Shown here piece after piece: positions 36,670 to 45,281 of a stretch of DNA of 64,000 nt. Location: contig JACQWM010000007.1 of NCBI GenBank assembly GCA_016209275.1, forward strand, positions 6,865-70,864. Direction: 5' to 3'. The notes under the pieces are model-generated. The model made no database searches and was not told the origin of the DNA. It worked only from the letters and a program-made list of their open reading frames with translations. This stretch comes from Candidatus Omnitrophota bacterium. GTDB lineage: Bacteria > Omnitrophota > Gorgyraeia > Aquiviventales > Aquiviventaceae. The position numbers and the translations under genes are program-made. Each line of letters starts with the position of its first letter. The first letter of the stretch is position 1.

Positions 36670-38265
36670 ATGGACGCTGTGGAATACCTTCTCGAGGAAA
36701 TTGCGCGCACGCTGCCGGAGAATCGCACCGCCCTTCGGAAGCTCAAAACCGCTGTGGCCTCACAAACGCGCAGGGCGGCCCTCATCCGGAATGACGCGCT
36801 GCTCAGACTCTACCGCCGGCAAGTCGAGCATGGCCAGCGCGCGTCCAATGAGCGGCTCGAGCAGATCTTAACACTCAACGGCATCCGCTCGCAGTCCGGG
36901 ATTGCCACCGTGACCGTGATCACCGAGCCGTACGCCTGCCCTGGCCGCTGCGTGTACTGCCCCACCGAGGCGCGAGCGCCCAAAAGCTACCTCACCAATG
37001 AGCCGGCCGTCATGCGCGCCCTGCGCCATGACTATGATCCGTACCGGCAAGTCACGAGCCGCTTGGAAGCGCTTGAGGAAACCGGCCATGCCACCGAGAA
37101 GATCGAACTCATCATCAAAGGCGGCACGTGGTCGTTTTATCCTCAGGCGTATCAACAGGAATTCATCAAGCGGTGCTTTGATGCCGCCAACACCCTATCG
37201 TCCCCGACACTTGAAGAAGCCCAGCGCGTGAATGAGACCGCGCAGCATCGAATGATTGGCGTGACGATTGAGACGCGGCCGGATTACATCGACGACGCAG
37301 AACTCCGACGATTGCGAAGACTTGGAGTGACGCGGGTGGAATTAGGCGTGCAGAGTCTTGAGGATTCCGTGCTGCGACTCATCGTGCGCGACCACGGAAC
37401 CATCGAAATCCGCCACGCCACGCGACGACTGAAAGATGCCGGGTTTAAAGTGGCGTATCACCTCATGCCGAATCTTCCGGGAGCGACACCAGAGAGCGAT
37501 CTTCAGACGGCGCGTCGGCTCGTTGATGATCCAGCCTACCGGCCGGATGCGATGAAAATCTACCCCTGCGTCGTCATCGACACGGCCGAGCTGTATCAGT
37601 GGTGGCGGCAGGGGCGCTATGCGCCGTATGACGATGAGACGCTCATTGAGCTGCTCATCGCGATCAAACAGCTTGTTCCGCCGTATCTGCGGATTGAACG
37701 AGTGATCCGCGACATTCCCTCCACGTCCATTCGCGCCGGGTGCCTGATCACGAATCTTCGGGAAACAACGCAGCGTCGGATGCGCGCGCAAGAACTGCGC
37801 TGCCGCTGCATCCGCTGCCGGCAAGTGCGCGGAGATACGGAAGGACCGTTTACGCTCATCCGCCGCGATTATGAGGCATCCGATGGAACGGAAATGTTCT
37901 TGAGTTTCGAGGACGTCGCGCGCGATCAGCTCGCTTCACTGCTGCGCCTGCGCATCCCGGGACGGTTGATAGCAGATATCCCGCGACGCGGGATATCTGC
38001 TATCGCCTTGTTTCCGGCACTCGAGGATGCCGCGCTGATCCGAGAGTTGCATTCCTACGGCCACCATGTGCCCCTGCATCGGCGCCGCCAAGGGGCGGTG
38101 CAGCACCGAGGGCTCGGCCAGCAGTTGCTTGAGGAGGCGGAACGCATTGCGCGGGAGGAATTCGGGAAACGCCGGATGGCCGTGATTGCCGGTGTCGGGG
38201 TGCGCGACTACTACCGGCGCTTCGGTTACGAGCTCGAAGACACCTATATGGTCAAAACGCTGTAA
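36670..38265 (+). CDS. elp3: Elp3 radical SAM tRNA U34 acetyltransferase
   Basis: CPGRCVYCP..PKSY, ETRPD, ELGVQS, IRELH.YG, QHRGLG, GVGVRDYY. Confidence 0.93.
   Translation: MDAVEYLLEEIARTLPENRTALRKLKTAVASQTRRAALIRNDALLRLYRRQVEHGQRASNERLEQILTLNGIRSQSGIATVTVITEPYACPGRCVYCPTEARAPKSYLTNEPAVMRALRHDYDPYRQVTSRLEALEETGHATEKIELIIKGGTWSFYPQAYQQEFIKRCFDAANTLSSPTLEEAQRVNETAQHRMIGVTIETRPDYIDDAELRRLRRLGVTRVELGVQSLEDSVLRLIVRDHGTIEIRHATRRLKDAGFKVAYHLMPNLPGATPESDLQTARRLVDDPAYRPDAMKIYPCVVIDTAELYQWWRQGRYAPYDDETLIELLIAIKQLVPPYLRIERVIRDIPSTSIRAGCLITNLRETTQRRMRAQELRCRCIRCRQVRGDTEGPFTLIRRDYEASDGTEMFLSFEDVARDQLASLLRLRIPGRLIADIPRRGISAIALFPALEDAALIRELHSYGHHVPLHRRRQGAVQHRGLGQQLLEEAERIAREEFGKRRMAVIAGVGVRDYYRRFGYELEDTYMVKTL
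37968..38004. repeat. Family B variant palindrome inside elp3 (in-frame)
   Basis: GATAGCAGATATCCCGCG-A-CGCGGGATATCTGCTATC followed by GCCTT, the same tail as intergenic copies. Confidence 0.8.
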
Positions 38266-38267
38266 GA

Positions 38268-38301
38268 CGATATCAGATATCGAATTCGATATCTGATATC
38301 G
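38268..38301. repeat. Family B perfect palindrome between convergent genes
   Basis: CGATATCAGATATCGAATTCGATATCTGATATCG. Confidence 0.92.
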
Positions 38302-38304
38302 CTT

Positions 38305-38619
38305 TTAGTTGACGAGTTTGTTGCCGGCTCGCTTGGGGGGATCGTTCTTGGGCCGTTCGGGCGCAGGGGGATTGTTCTTAAACTGCGGCGTCAGCTCTTT
38401 ATTGATGGCGGCATAGGCTTTGTCTTCATCTTCAGAGGCCACAATCGCCCCCACCGGACATTCCGGCAAGCAGAGGCCGCAGTTGATGCAGACTTCCGGG
38501 TCGATGATCATGAACTCCTGACCCTTGTAGTCGCCGGGATGAATGCATTCGACCGGACAGACTGTGGCACAAACTGCGTATCGATCGCCCAAGCATTTTT
38601 CCGTGATCACATACGCCAT
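38305..38619 (-). CDS. Ferredoxin (7Fe/FdxA-like)
   Basis: C-x7-C-x3-CPVECI and CINCGLCLPECP. Confidence 0.9.
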   Translation of the reverse strand: MAYVITEKCLGDRYAVCATVCPVECIHPGDYKGQEFMIIDPEVCINCGLCLPECPVGAIVASEDEDKAYAAINKELTPQFKNNPPAPERPKNDPPKRAGNKLVN

Positions 38620-38649
38620 GACGACTCCTCCTTGCGTTTTACTGAGTTG

Positions 38650-38874
38650 TTAGAGCACCAGGTGGGAATCGGTGTCGCGCACACCGCTGAGCTGGCGGAT
38701 GGTGGAGAGAATTCCGGCGAACTCCTCGTACGGCTCGGCATCGACAAACGCGATCATGTCATGCTCGCCGGTCACCTGATAGACCATCTTGATGCCGGCG
38801 AGCTTGGCGACGGCATGCTCGACTTCCTTTTCGTGGCCGGGCACCACATCGATCATGATGAAGGCTTTCGGCAT
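38650..38874 (-). CDS. Stand-alone Lrp/AsnC ligand-binding domain protein
   Basis: KAFIMI..., VTGEHDMIA, IRQLSGVRDTDS. Confidence 0.85.
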   Translation of the reverse strand: MPKAFIMIDVVPGHEKEVEHAVAKLAGIKMVYQVTGEHDMIAFVDAEPYEEFAGILSTIRQLSGVRDTDSHLVL

Positions 38875-38935
38875 CGTTTCCTCTATACTAGGATATTGTA
38901 GCCTGAGTCGTCCGCCGACTCAAGCAAATCCGCTG

Positions 38936-39919
38936 ATGGCGCTCCACGCTGAAATGATACGCCGCGCGGCGCGCGGCGCGCTCCTCGCACTCATGACGGG
39001 GTGCGCCATGGCGCGCCCGATGCTTGTTGGTGTTCCGTTGACTGACTTGCGCGCGCACCCGCGCACCGTCGCACAGCCGTCGGTCCACGACCCCGAGGAA
39101 GAAACGCAATTGTTCTACGGCGAACCGGTCCGCGTGCTTGAGGAACACAACGGATGGGTGCGCGTCGAAGCGATGGAGCAAGCGGAATTTAGCCATGCCA
39201 CACGGTGGCAAGGGTACCCCGGGTGGCTGCCGAAGAGCGATCTGATGGCGGCCCATGACCAGCAGCCGCCGTCGATCGTCGTGGCTGACCCGTGGGTCGC
39301 GGCATGGACCAATGCCTATCTCACGGATGCGGCTTCCCTGCAATTCCCCATGGGCACGCTGCTCTCCGCCATCGAGATCGGCCATCAGGTGTGGCGCATT
39401 GAATTGCCCGATGGCGAGTTTGTCTGGATCCCGCATGGCGCGGCTCGCCCTCTGGAGCAGGTGGCCGCGCTGCCCCATGCCGAGAAACGGCGCATGATCC
39501 TGCACAGCGCCCAGCGGCTCATCGGCGAACCGTACTACTGGGGCGGCCGCGCAGCGCGCAGCAACGCCCGGGCGAATCGCGCCGCCGGCTTCGATTGCTC
39601 CGGGGTGGTGAACGTGGCGTATCGGACGGTCGGCCTCGCGATTCCGCGCGATGCGCACGAGCAGTTCCTGCGGGCAAAAAAGATCTCCACACTCCAGCCG
39701 GCTGACCTCATTTTTCTTTCGGCGCCGAATGATCCTTCACGCATCGTGCATGTGATGCTCTACGCGGGTGATGGCGACCTCATTGAAGCGCCCCAGACCG
39801 GGAACACGGTCCGTCGCATCAGCCTGCGTGAACGTCTTGGCCGAACGATCGATCAACTGACACCCGGCACCGTCATCGATGGACAAACGGTGTTCTTTGG
39901 GTCGTACCTACCTGCATGA
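38936..39919 (+). CDS. NlpC/P60 peptidase with SH3-like domains (YkfC-like), probable lipoprotein
   Basis: ETQLFYGE, GYPGW, PYYWGG, GFDCSG, PRDAHEQ, HVMLY; LMTGC lipobox. Confidence 0.88.
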   Translation: MALHAEMIRRAARGALLALMTGCAMARPMLVGVPLTDLRAHPRTVAQPSVHDPEEETQLFYGEPVRVLEEHNGWVRVEAMEQAEFSHATRWQGYPGWLPKSDLMAAHDQQPPSIVVADPWVAAWTNAYLTDAASLQFPMGTLLSAIEIGHQVWRIELPDGEFVWIPHGAARPLEQVAALPHAEKRRMILHSAQRLIGEPYYWGGRAARSNARANRAAGFDCSGVVNVAYRTVGLAIPRDAHEQFLRAKKISTLQPADLIFLSAPNDPSRIVHVMLYAGDGDLIEAPQTGNTVRRISLRERLGRTIDQLTPGTVIDGQTVFFGSYLPA

Positions 39920-39932
39920 TCGCCAACCAAAA

Positions 39933-40001
39933 CGAATTTTCGATTGACGATTTATGATTGACGATTAATTATCGACAATCGTCAATCGAACATCGTAAAT
40001 C
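39933..40001. repeat. Inverted array of CGATT-type heptamers
   Basis: TTCGATTGACGATTTATGATTGACGATT / ATCGACAATCGTCAATCGAACATCGTAAATC. Confidence 0.75.
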
Positions 40002-40003
40002 CC

Positions 40004-41137
40004 ATGGCAATAGTGACCCTCCTTGGTTTGGTGGGAATAGTCCTCATCCTTCAGCGCCATCCCGCCACACATCGCCTCTTCAAGTGGCTGCCGACTCCGC
40101 TGTGGTGCTATGCCCTGCCGATGATGGCGACGACGCTCGGATGGCTGCCACGGCACCATCCTTCCTATCCGCTCTTGACCACGCTCGTGTTGCCGTTTGC
40201 GCTGGGATTGCTGCTGCTAGGCGTTGATGTCCCGGCGATCGCGCGCGTGGGCTGGCGGGCGGTCGCGGCGACGCTCCTCGGCAGTGTGAGTATCGTCCTG
40301 GGTGCGCCGCTGATGGGATGGCTCCTGCGCGCGCATCTGCCGGCTGGCGCATGGACTGGGGTGGGGACGCTCGCGGCGACGTGGACCGGCGGCAGCATGA
40401 ACCTCTTGGCGGTGCGCACGATTGTCGGCACGCCTGAGGCGATCTTCACGGTCCTCATCATCGTCGATGCGCTCATCGCCTACAGCTGGATGATCGTGCT
40501 GATGGCCGCCAGCGGTCTTCAGCAGCCGCTGGATCGTTGGTTGCGGGCCGCGCAGGCCACGTCCTCGGAGTCCCTCCCTCTCGCCGGGCCTCCCTCTCGG
40601 ATGTGGCCTGCACCTCCCGCGGCAATCATCGTCGCAATCGGGCTGACAACATCCGCGATTCTGGTTGGACGGATGCTCCCCACGACTCAGATGATTAGCT
40701 CCGCCAGCGGCTGGGTGGTATTGCTGGTGACGACGTTTGCGCTGGGCGCCTCATTCATTGCACCGATTCGACGGTTAGGCCCCGCAGCGACCTCGGTGGG
40801 CATGCCGTGTTTGTATCTAGTACTCGCCGGCATGGGAGCGCAAGCCAGCCTCTTGGCGCTGTGGGCGGCGCCGATCTGGGTCGCGTTTGGCGTCGGTGTC
40901 GCGATGTTTCACGGGGTGGTCATGCTGCTGGGCGGATGGCTGCTGCGGATTCCGCTGGGCGTGCTGGCAACGGCCAGCCAAGCGAACTTAGGGGGAGTGG
41001 CGTCCACCCCGATCGTGGGCGCGGTGTATCGTCAGGAATTGGCCGCCGTGGGGTTGTTGCTGGCGGTGGGGCTCAATGGGATCGGCACGTATCTCGGCCT
41101 CTGCTCCGCCTGGCTCGCCCGCCTTCTTCTAAGGTAG
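40004..41137 (+). CDS. DUF819 family membrane protein
   Basis: AATWTGGSMN, ASQANLGG, GTYLG motifs. Confidence 0.85.
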   Translation: MAIVTLLGLVGIVLILQRHPATHRLFKWLPTPLWCYALPMMATTLGWLPRHHPSYPLLTTLVLPFALGLLLLGVDVPAIARVGWRAVAATLLGSVSIVLGAPLMGWLLRAHLPAGAWTGVGTLAATWTGGSMNLLAVRTIVGTPEAIFTVLIIVDALIAYSWMIVLMAASGLQQPLDRWLRAAQATSSESLPLAGPPSRMWPAPPAAIIVAIGLTTSAILVGRMLPTTQMISSASGWVVLLVTTFALGASFIAPIRRLGPAATSVGMPCLYLVLAGMGAQASLLALWAAPIWVAFGVGVAMFHGVVMLLGGWLLRIPLGVLATASQANLGGVASTPIVGAVYRQELAAVGLLLAVGLNGIGTYLGLCSAWLARLLLR

Positions 41138-41767
41138 ATGCCGGAAGACGCCGACGACTTTGCCGAGGATCGAGAGCGGCTGCTGCTTCGTCACGAGGAT
41201 CGGCTCCATGCTGGGATGCTCCGGCTGCAGCCGAATCTGATCGTCTTCTTTAAAGAACCGCTTGACCGTCGCCTCATCGCCTAAGAGGGCGACGGCGATT
41301 TCGCCATTGTCCACCGTCGGCTGCTGGCGCACGATCACAAAATCTCCCTCCAAAATCCCGGCGTTAATCATGCTGTCGCCCTTGACCTTCAGGGCAAAAT
41401 GCGCCGGCGCTTCAGCAGCCGCGGTCGTCGTCTTCCCGATCCAGCTGCCGTCGACCACCAGATGGCCTTCCACGTTCTGCTGGGCTAAGACGGGTTCACC
41501 CGCCCGCACGCGCCCGACGATCGGCACCCAGAGGGCTTGTTCAAAGGGTGCCACGATATCCAGCAAGCTGATGCTGCGCGCGCGCGGTTCGCGTTTCAAA
41601 AATCCTTTTTTCGCAATGGCATCAAGGTGCGTGGTCACGCCGCGCAGGCTCTTAATCCCCATCGACTTGCCGATCTCACGGATCGTCGGCGGATAGCCCC
41701 GCTGCCTGATCCAGCCGCGGATCGTCTCCAGCACCGTATGTTGTCGCTTGGTGAGTTGCTTTGCCAT
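41129..41767 (-). CDS. lexA: SOS repressor LexA
   Basis: LTKRQ, GYPPTIREI, AG cleavage site (VRAG), GDSM, ATVKR. Confidence 0.96.
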   Translation of the reverse strand: MAKQLTKRQHTVLETIRGWIRQRGYPPTIREIGKSMGIKSLRGVTTHLDAIAKKGFLKREPRARSISLLDIVAPFEQALWVPIVGRVRAGEPVLAQQNVEGHLVVDGSWIGKTTTAAAEAPAHFALKVKGDSMINAGILEGDFVIVRQQPTVDNGEIAVALLGDEATVKRFFKEDDQIRLQPEHPSMEPILVTKQQPLSILGKVVGVFRHLP

Positions 41768-41776
41768 CTCAACACT

Positions 41777-41868
41777 CGATATCAGATATGATTGAGGCTT
41801 TTGATATCTGATATGGCCTCATCACGAGCGATATCAGATATGAAAAGGGCATTTCATATCTGATATCG
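41777..41868. repeat. Two tandem family B palindromes in the lexA 5' region
   Basis: 41777-41816 (degenerate) and 41829-41868 CGATATCAGATATGAAAAGGGCATTTCATATCTGATATCG. Confidence 0.85.
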
Positions 41869-41874
41869 TACTTA

Positions 41875-41903
41875 AGGATACTAGACGGGCGTCTAGATTT
41901 CAA
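41875..41903 (-). promoter_or_regulatory. lexA promoter with palindromic operator candidate
   Basis: TTGAAA-N17-TATCCT; the spacer contains CTAGAC-N4-GTCTAG (41881-41896). Confidence 0.6.
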
Positions 41904-42636
41904 GACCCTTGAGCGTGCCGACGACAGAGCGGAGTTGATCGCGCATGGCGGCCAACTGCTCATCGGACAAGGCGGCTTCAAATAATTTTTGCATGAGGGT
42001 GACTGCGTTCCGCAGCGATCCGGTCGCTTCCCGCAGGCGGCGCCGCTGAAACTGCCGCTCGCTGACCTGGCAGAATAATTGGCTCATGCGGATGGCCGTC
42101 GCCGTATCCGTTGGCACATTGTGCAGCGCGTTGCCGTACGCGAAGAGGGCTTTCTCTGCGTCGCCGGCGACCTCAAAACCGTTGCCGAGCCGCTGCCAAT
42201 ACTCAAACCCCACGCGCGGCTCGGCAAACCGGATGTCATGATCCGGAAGCACGTCAATCCCCCAGGCGTTGAGGATCGGATAACTGAACAGGTGGAGGCT
42301 CAGCATCACCGGCTGGCCGTTGCGAAACACCAGCACCGCGGCCTTGGTCGTCCGGCCCTTCATCCGAGTTGACACAGCCGCGAAGTCGTCAATCGAATGC
42401 AGCTCCTGGTCGTCGACGCGCACGATGATGTCATCGGGCCGCACGTCGGCGAGCGCGGCTTGCGAGTTCTCATCGACGCTGACCACGCGAACACCAACGG
42501 GGCTGTCGGCCACCACCACCCCGCGGAAGACTGACGGCAACTGGCCGGCTTCGCTAGTGAGACAGTGAGAGAGTGAGAGAGTGAGTAAGGGAATGCTGAC
42601 GGTAGCCCGCATGAATCTCCACCAGATCTGTTCCAT
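41893..42636 (-). CDS. PDZ domain plus TPR-like helical protein, probably exported
   Basis: GVRVVSVDENSQAALADVRPDDIIVRVD PDZ motif; start may be 42612. Confidence 0.75.
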   Translation of the reverse strand: MEQIWWRFMRATVSIPLLTLSLSHCLTSEAGQLPSVFRGVVVADSPVGVRVVSVDENSQAALADVRPDDIIVRVDDQELHSIDDFAAVSTRMKGRTTKAAVLVFRNGQPVMLSLHLFSYPILNAWGIDVLPDHDIRFAEPRVGFEYWQRLGNGFEVAGDAEKALFAYGNALHNVPTDTATAIRMSQLFCQVSERQFQRRRLREATGSLRNAVTLMQKLFEAALSDEQLAAMRDQLRSVVGTLKGLEI

Positions 42637-42680
42637 CTTTTCCCTATCTCACTGCCTCCCTATCTCGCTTTCTCACTCAG

Positions 42681-45281
42681 TCACAGCATTGTTCCGCCGC
42701 GAAGGGCGATGTCAACGAGCAGCGCGACAATCGCCAGCGGCAGCCACCAGTGGAACATCGGCGCCGTCGTGGTCACCGGAGCGGTCAGCGGGACAAAGGC
42801 GCGATCCGGCGCATTGTAGACGCCGTGGGTTCCGCCGGAAAGCGAGCGCAGCAAGCGTTCTTCGGGTGGCTGGCCGGTGATTTCGCCCTCGGCCGTCGGC
42901 GCCCCGACGCGGATCCAGCGCTTTGTTTCCACCGAAATCTGCCGCTGCTCCGCCGCCGCCTCAGGGGAGGCGATGGTCGAATCAAGCCGCAGCTGATGCC
43001 AGCCTCCAGGCACCTGCTCCAAGGAGGCCTGCCAGCGCCAAGCCCCATGTTGAACGAGGGGGAGAGGGATTTCGCCCGAGCCGTCGCCGGCAAGCAACCG
43101 CGCCTTAGGATCGGTCAGCGCGCCTTCAATGACCAGGTGAGGCGCCGATCCGGTATCATCAACCCACGTGAAGAGTTCCTCGCTCATCCGCGGCCGCATC
43201 GCCCACCGCGCGATGTGCGCCCATGTCGCCTCATAGCCGGGCCAGCGGACCCACTCGGGCGACCAGCGACTGTGCGCATCCGACAGAAACGACACCACCC
43301 GCCCTTTGCCTCGCATCCATCGCGCCAGCAGCGGATCGTCCCCCTTCGCCAAGGCTTCGGGGGACAGGTCCCCCTCGCCGCCGTTGATCGTCAGATCCAC
43401 GCGGGCCTCGGGCTTGGCCGTCGCGGTCAGATAGCCGCGCAGCGCCGGCCACTCCGGAACCTCGGCGAACCAATCCGAGGAGGGCGCGCGCTGCGGACGG
43501 AAATTCCCCTCGGCAAACGGCAGGCGGTCGAGCATCTGCTGGGTATCCCGCGCGAGCAGATGCGGCAGCTCCTCCAGCGAATTCATCTGATAAAACCTGC
43601 CACCGGTGCTGCGGGAGAGGTACTGCAAGTAGTCGGTGTTGATGAACGCCGAGCCGATGCCGATGGTGCTGATCGTGATGCGCTCCTTCTGAAACGCCTG
43701 CAGCATCGTGGCGTAGGACTGCCGCAACTCCGCAAACGGCGTGTTGCCGTCGGAGAGAAGAATGATGTGCTTGATGGTCGCCCCGGTCGCCTCCAGGCGA
43801 GTGGCCGCCGCAGCCAACGCCGGGTACACATCGGTGCCGCCGGTCGCGCGCAGCTTCACCAAGGTGTCCACGAGCGACGCGGTCACCCCTCCGGCCGGCT
43901 GCACCTCGGCCACCACATACGGTTTCGTATCGAACGCCAGCATCCCCACGAGGTCCTCCGGGGAGAGCTGCTTGATGAGGGCCACCGCCGCGCGCTTCGT
44001 GGCGGCGATGCGCGGGCCGAACATGGATTGCGATCGGTCGATCAAGAGGATGACGCAGATGCGCCGCTTGGCTTCACGCAGGCCTTTGGGATCAAAGCGC
44101 ACCGGCAGCAGCTCATCGAGGGGCGAGGCGGTGGCGATTTCATGCGCGAGATCGCCGCCTAAGCCCACCATCAGCAGCCCGCCGCCGAGCTCCACAGAGC
44201 GCCGCAGCTCATCGACTTGGGCCGGGCTCAGTGCGCTCTTGGGCAGATTGTCCAGGAGGACCGCATCGGCGTTGCGCAGCCGATCGGCCGAAAGATCCGC
44301 GGGGCGCATAACGCTGACATCCATCTGCCGTTGCTTCAAGACGGCGGCCAGCGGCGATGGCGCCGAGGGATGCTCGGTGACTAGGATGAGCTGCGGCGGC
44401 CCCTCGATTTCCGTATAGGCCTGCCGCTGCTCGTCCACCCCATCGGATGGAATCCGCAGATGCACGGTCAGCGCCATGGTGCCGCGCTGAATCGCCGGAA
44501 CGGTCACCGTCGCCACCTGCCAGCCGCTCCGCAGGCGCATCGCCTGCTGTTTCACGGTGATACCCTGCAGGGCGATCGCCGCCTGGCCGTCTTTCATCGT
44601 CTGCGCCGCATTGAAGATGACCAGCCGCACCGGGATCGCCCCCCCGCGCTGAACGCTCGGCGGCACGAGCAGATCATCCCACACCGTCTTCGTCTCATTG
44701 AACACCGGAACCGTCACGGGAAACACGCTCAGGCCGCGCCCACGGAGTGCCGCCACGACCATCGCAGTGCTCCCCATCGTTTCGTGCCCATCGCTGAAGA
44801 GCACGAGGCTCGTCCGCCCGGGCGTGCTAGATGCTGCCAGCGCAGACAGCAAGGCCCCCTCAAGATCGGTGCGATCATCCCCCACCGAGGCCTGGCGGAG
44901 CAGCCGCTCAATGACTGAGGGATCGGTCAGCGCCTCGGTGCCCCAGTCCGCGACGGAGGCGGTATCCCGGCCGAACGCCATGACGGCGCGGGAGAGCCGC
45001 GAGGGACGGATCGCTTCCAGCGACGCCAGCCGCCGGGCGATCCACGCGCGTTGGCGCGGATCGATGCTGGCGGATTGGTCCACCAGGTACAGGATCTGGC
45101 GGGGGGCCTCATGGCTCCACCGGCGAGGAAACGCCCACAGCGCTGCGCACACCATGGCGATGGCGAGCAGCCGAGCGCCCACGGCGATGGCTTTGCGGGC
45201 ACCCGCCAGCGGAATCTTCTGACTGAGCCACAGCACCAATCCCATGAGTGCGAGCGAGATCGCCAGATGAGAAAAGTTCAT
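42681..45281 (-). CDS. Double vWA membrane protein with glutamine-amidotransferase-like domain
   Basis: DQSAS and DRSQS MIDAS motifs, FSDG/LSDG, GGGLLMVG, GRVVSF. Confidence 0.85.
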   Translation of the reverse strand: MNFSHLAISLALMGLVLWLSQKIPLAGARKAIAVGARLLAIAMVCAALWAFPRRWSHEAPRQILYLVDQSASIDPRQRAWIARRLASLEAIRPSRLSRAVMAFGRDTASVADWGTEALTDPSVIERLLRQASVGDDRTDLEGALLSALAASSTPGRTSLVLFSDGHETMGSTAMVVAALRGRGLSVFPVTVPVFNETKTVWDDLLVPPSVQRGGAIPVRLVIFNAAQTMKDGQAAIALQGITVKQQAMRLRSGWQVATVTVPAIQRGTMALTVHLRIPSDGVDEQRQAYTEIEGPPQLILVTEHPSAPSPLAAVLKQRQMDVSVMRPADLSADRLRNADAVLLDNLPKSALSPAQVDELRRSVELGGGLLMVGLGGDLAHEIATASPLDELLPVRFDPKGLREAKRRICVILLIDRSQSMFGPRIAATKRAAVALIKQLSPEDLVGMLAFDTKPYVVAEVQPAGGVTASLVDTLVKLRATGGTDVYPALAAAATRLEATGATIKHIILLSDGNTPFAELRQSYATMLQAFQKERITISTIGIGSAFINTDYLQYLSRSTGGRFYQMNSLEELPHLLARDTQQMLDRLPFAEGNFRPQRAPSSDWFAEVPEWPALRGYLTATAKPEARVDLTINGGEGDLSPEALAKGDDPLLARWMRGKGRVVSFLSDAHSRWSPEWVRWPGYEATWAHIARWAMRPRMSEELFTWVDDTGSAPHLVIEGALTDPKARLLAGDGSGEIPLPLVQHGAWRWQASLEQVPGGWHQLRLDSTIASPEAAAEQRQISVETKRWIRVGAPTAEGEITGQPPEERLLRSLSGGTHGVYNAPDRAFVPLTAPVTTTAPMFHWWLPLAIVALLVDIALRGGTML
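43338..43375 (-). repeat. 30-bp in-frame hairpin insertion (family C) with 8-bp direct repeat
   Basis: AGGGGGAC-CTGTCCCCCGAAGCCTTGGCGA-AGGGGGAC on the minus strand; adds LSPEALAKGD. Confidence 0.8.

Noticed and set aside
41777-41868. Family B palindromes as the LexA operator
   Set aside because: The same element occurs between convergent stops and inside the nuo operon, which does not fit an SOS box; the 41881-41896 palindrome fits better.
42945-42975. CGCCTC-CCCT-GAGGCG hairpin in the vWA gene as another insert
   Set aside because: Short stem, no flanking duplication and no family match; expected by chance at this GC content.
42750-44162. 470-aa plus-strand ORF
   Set aside because: Antisense to the vWA gene; Arg-rich shadow frame.
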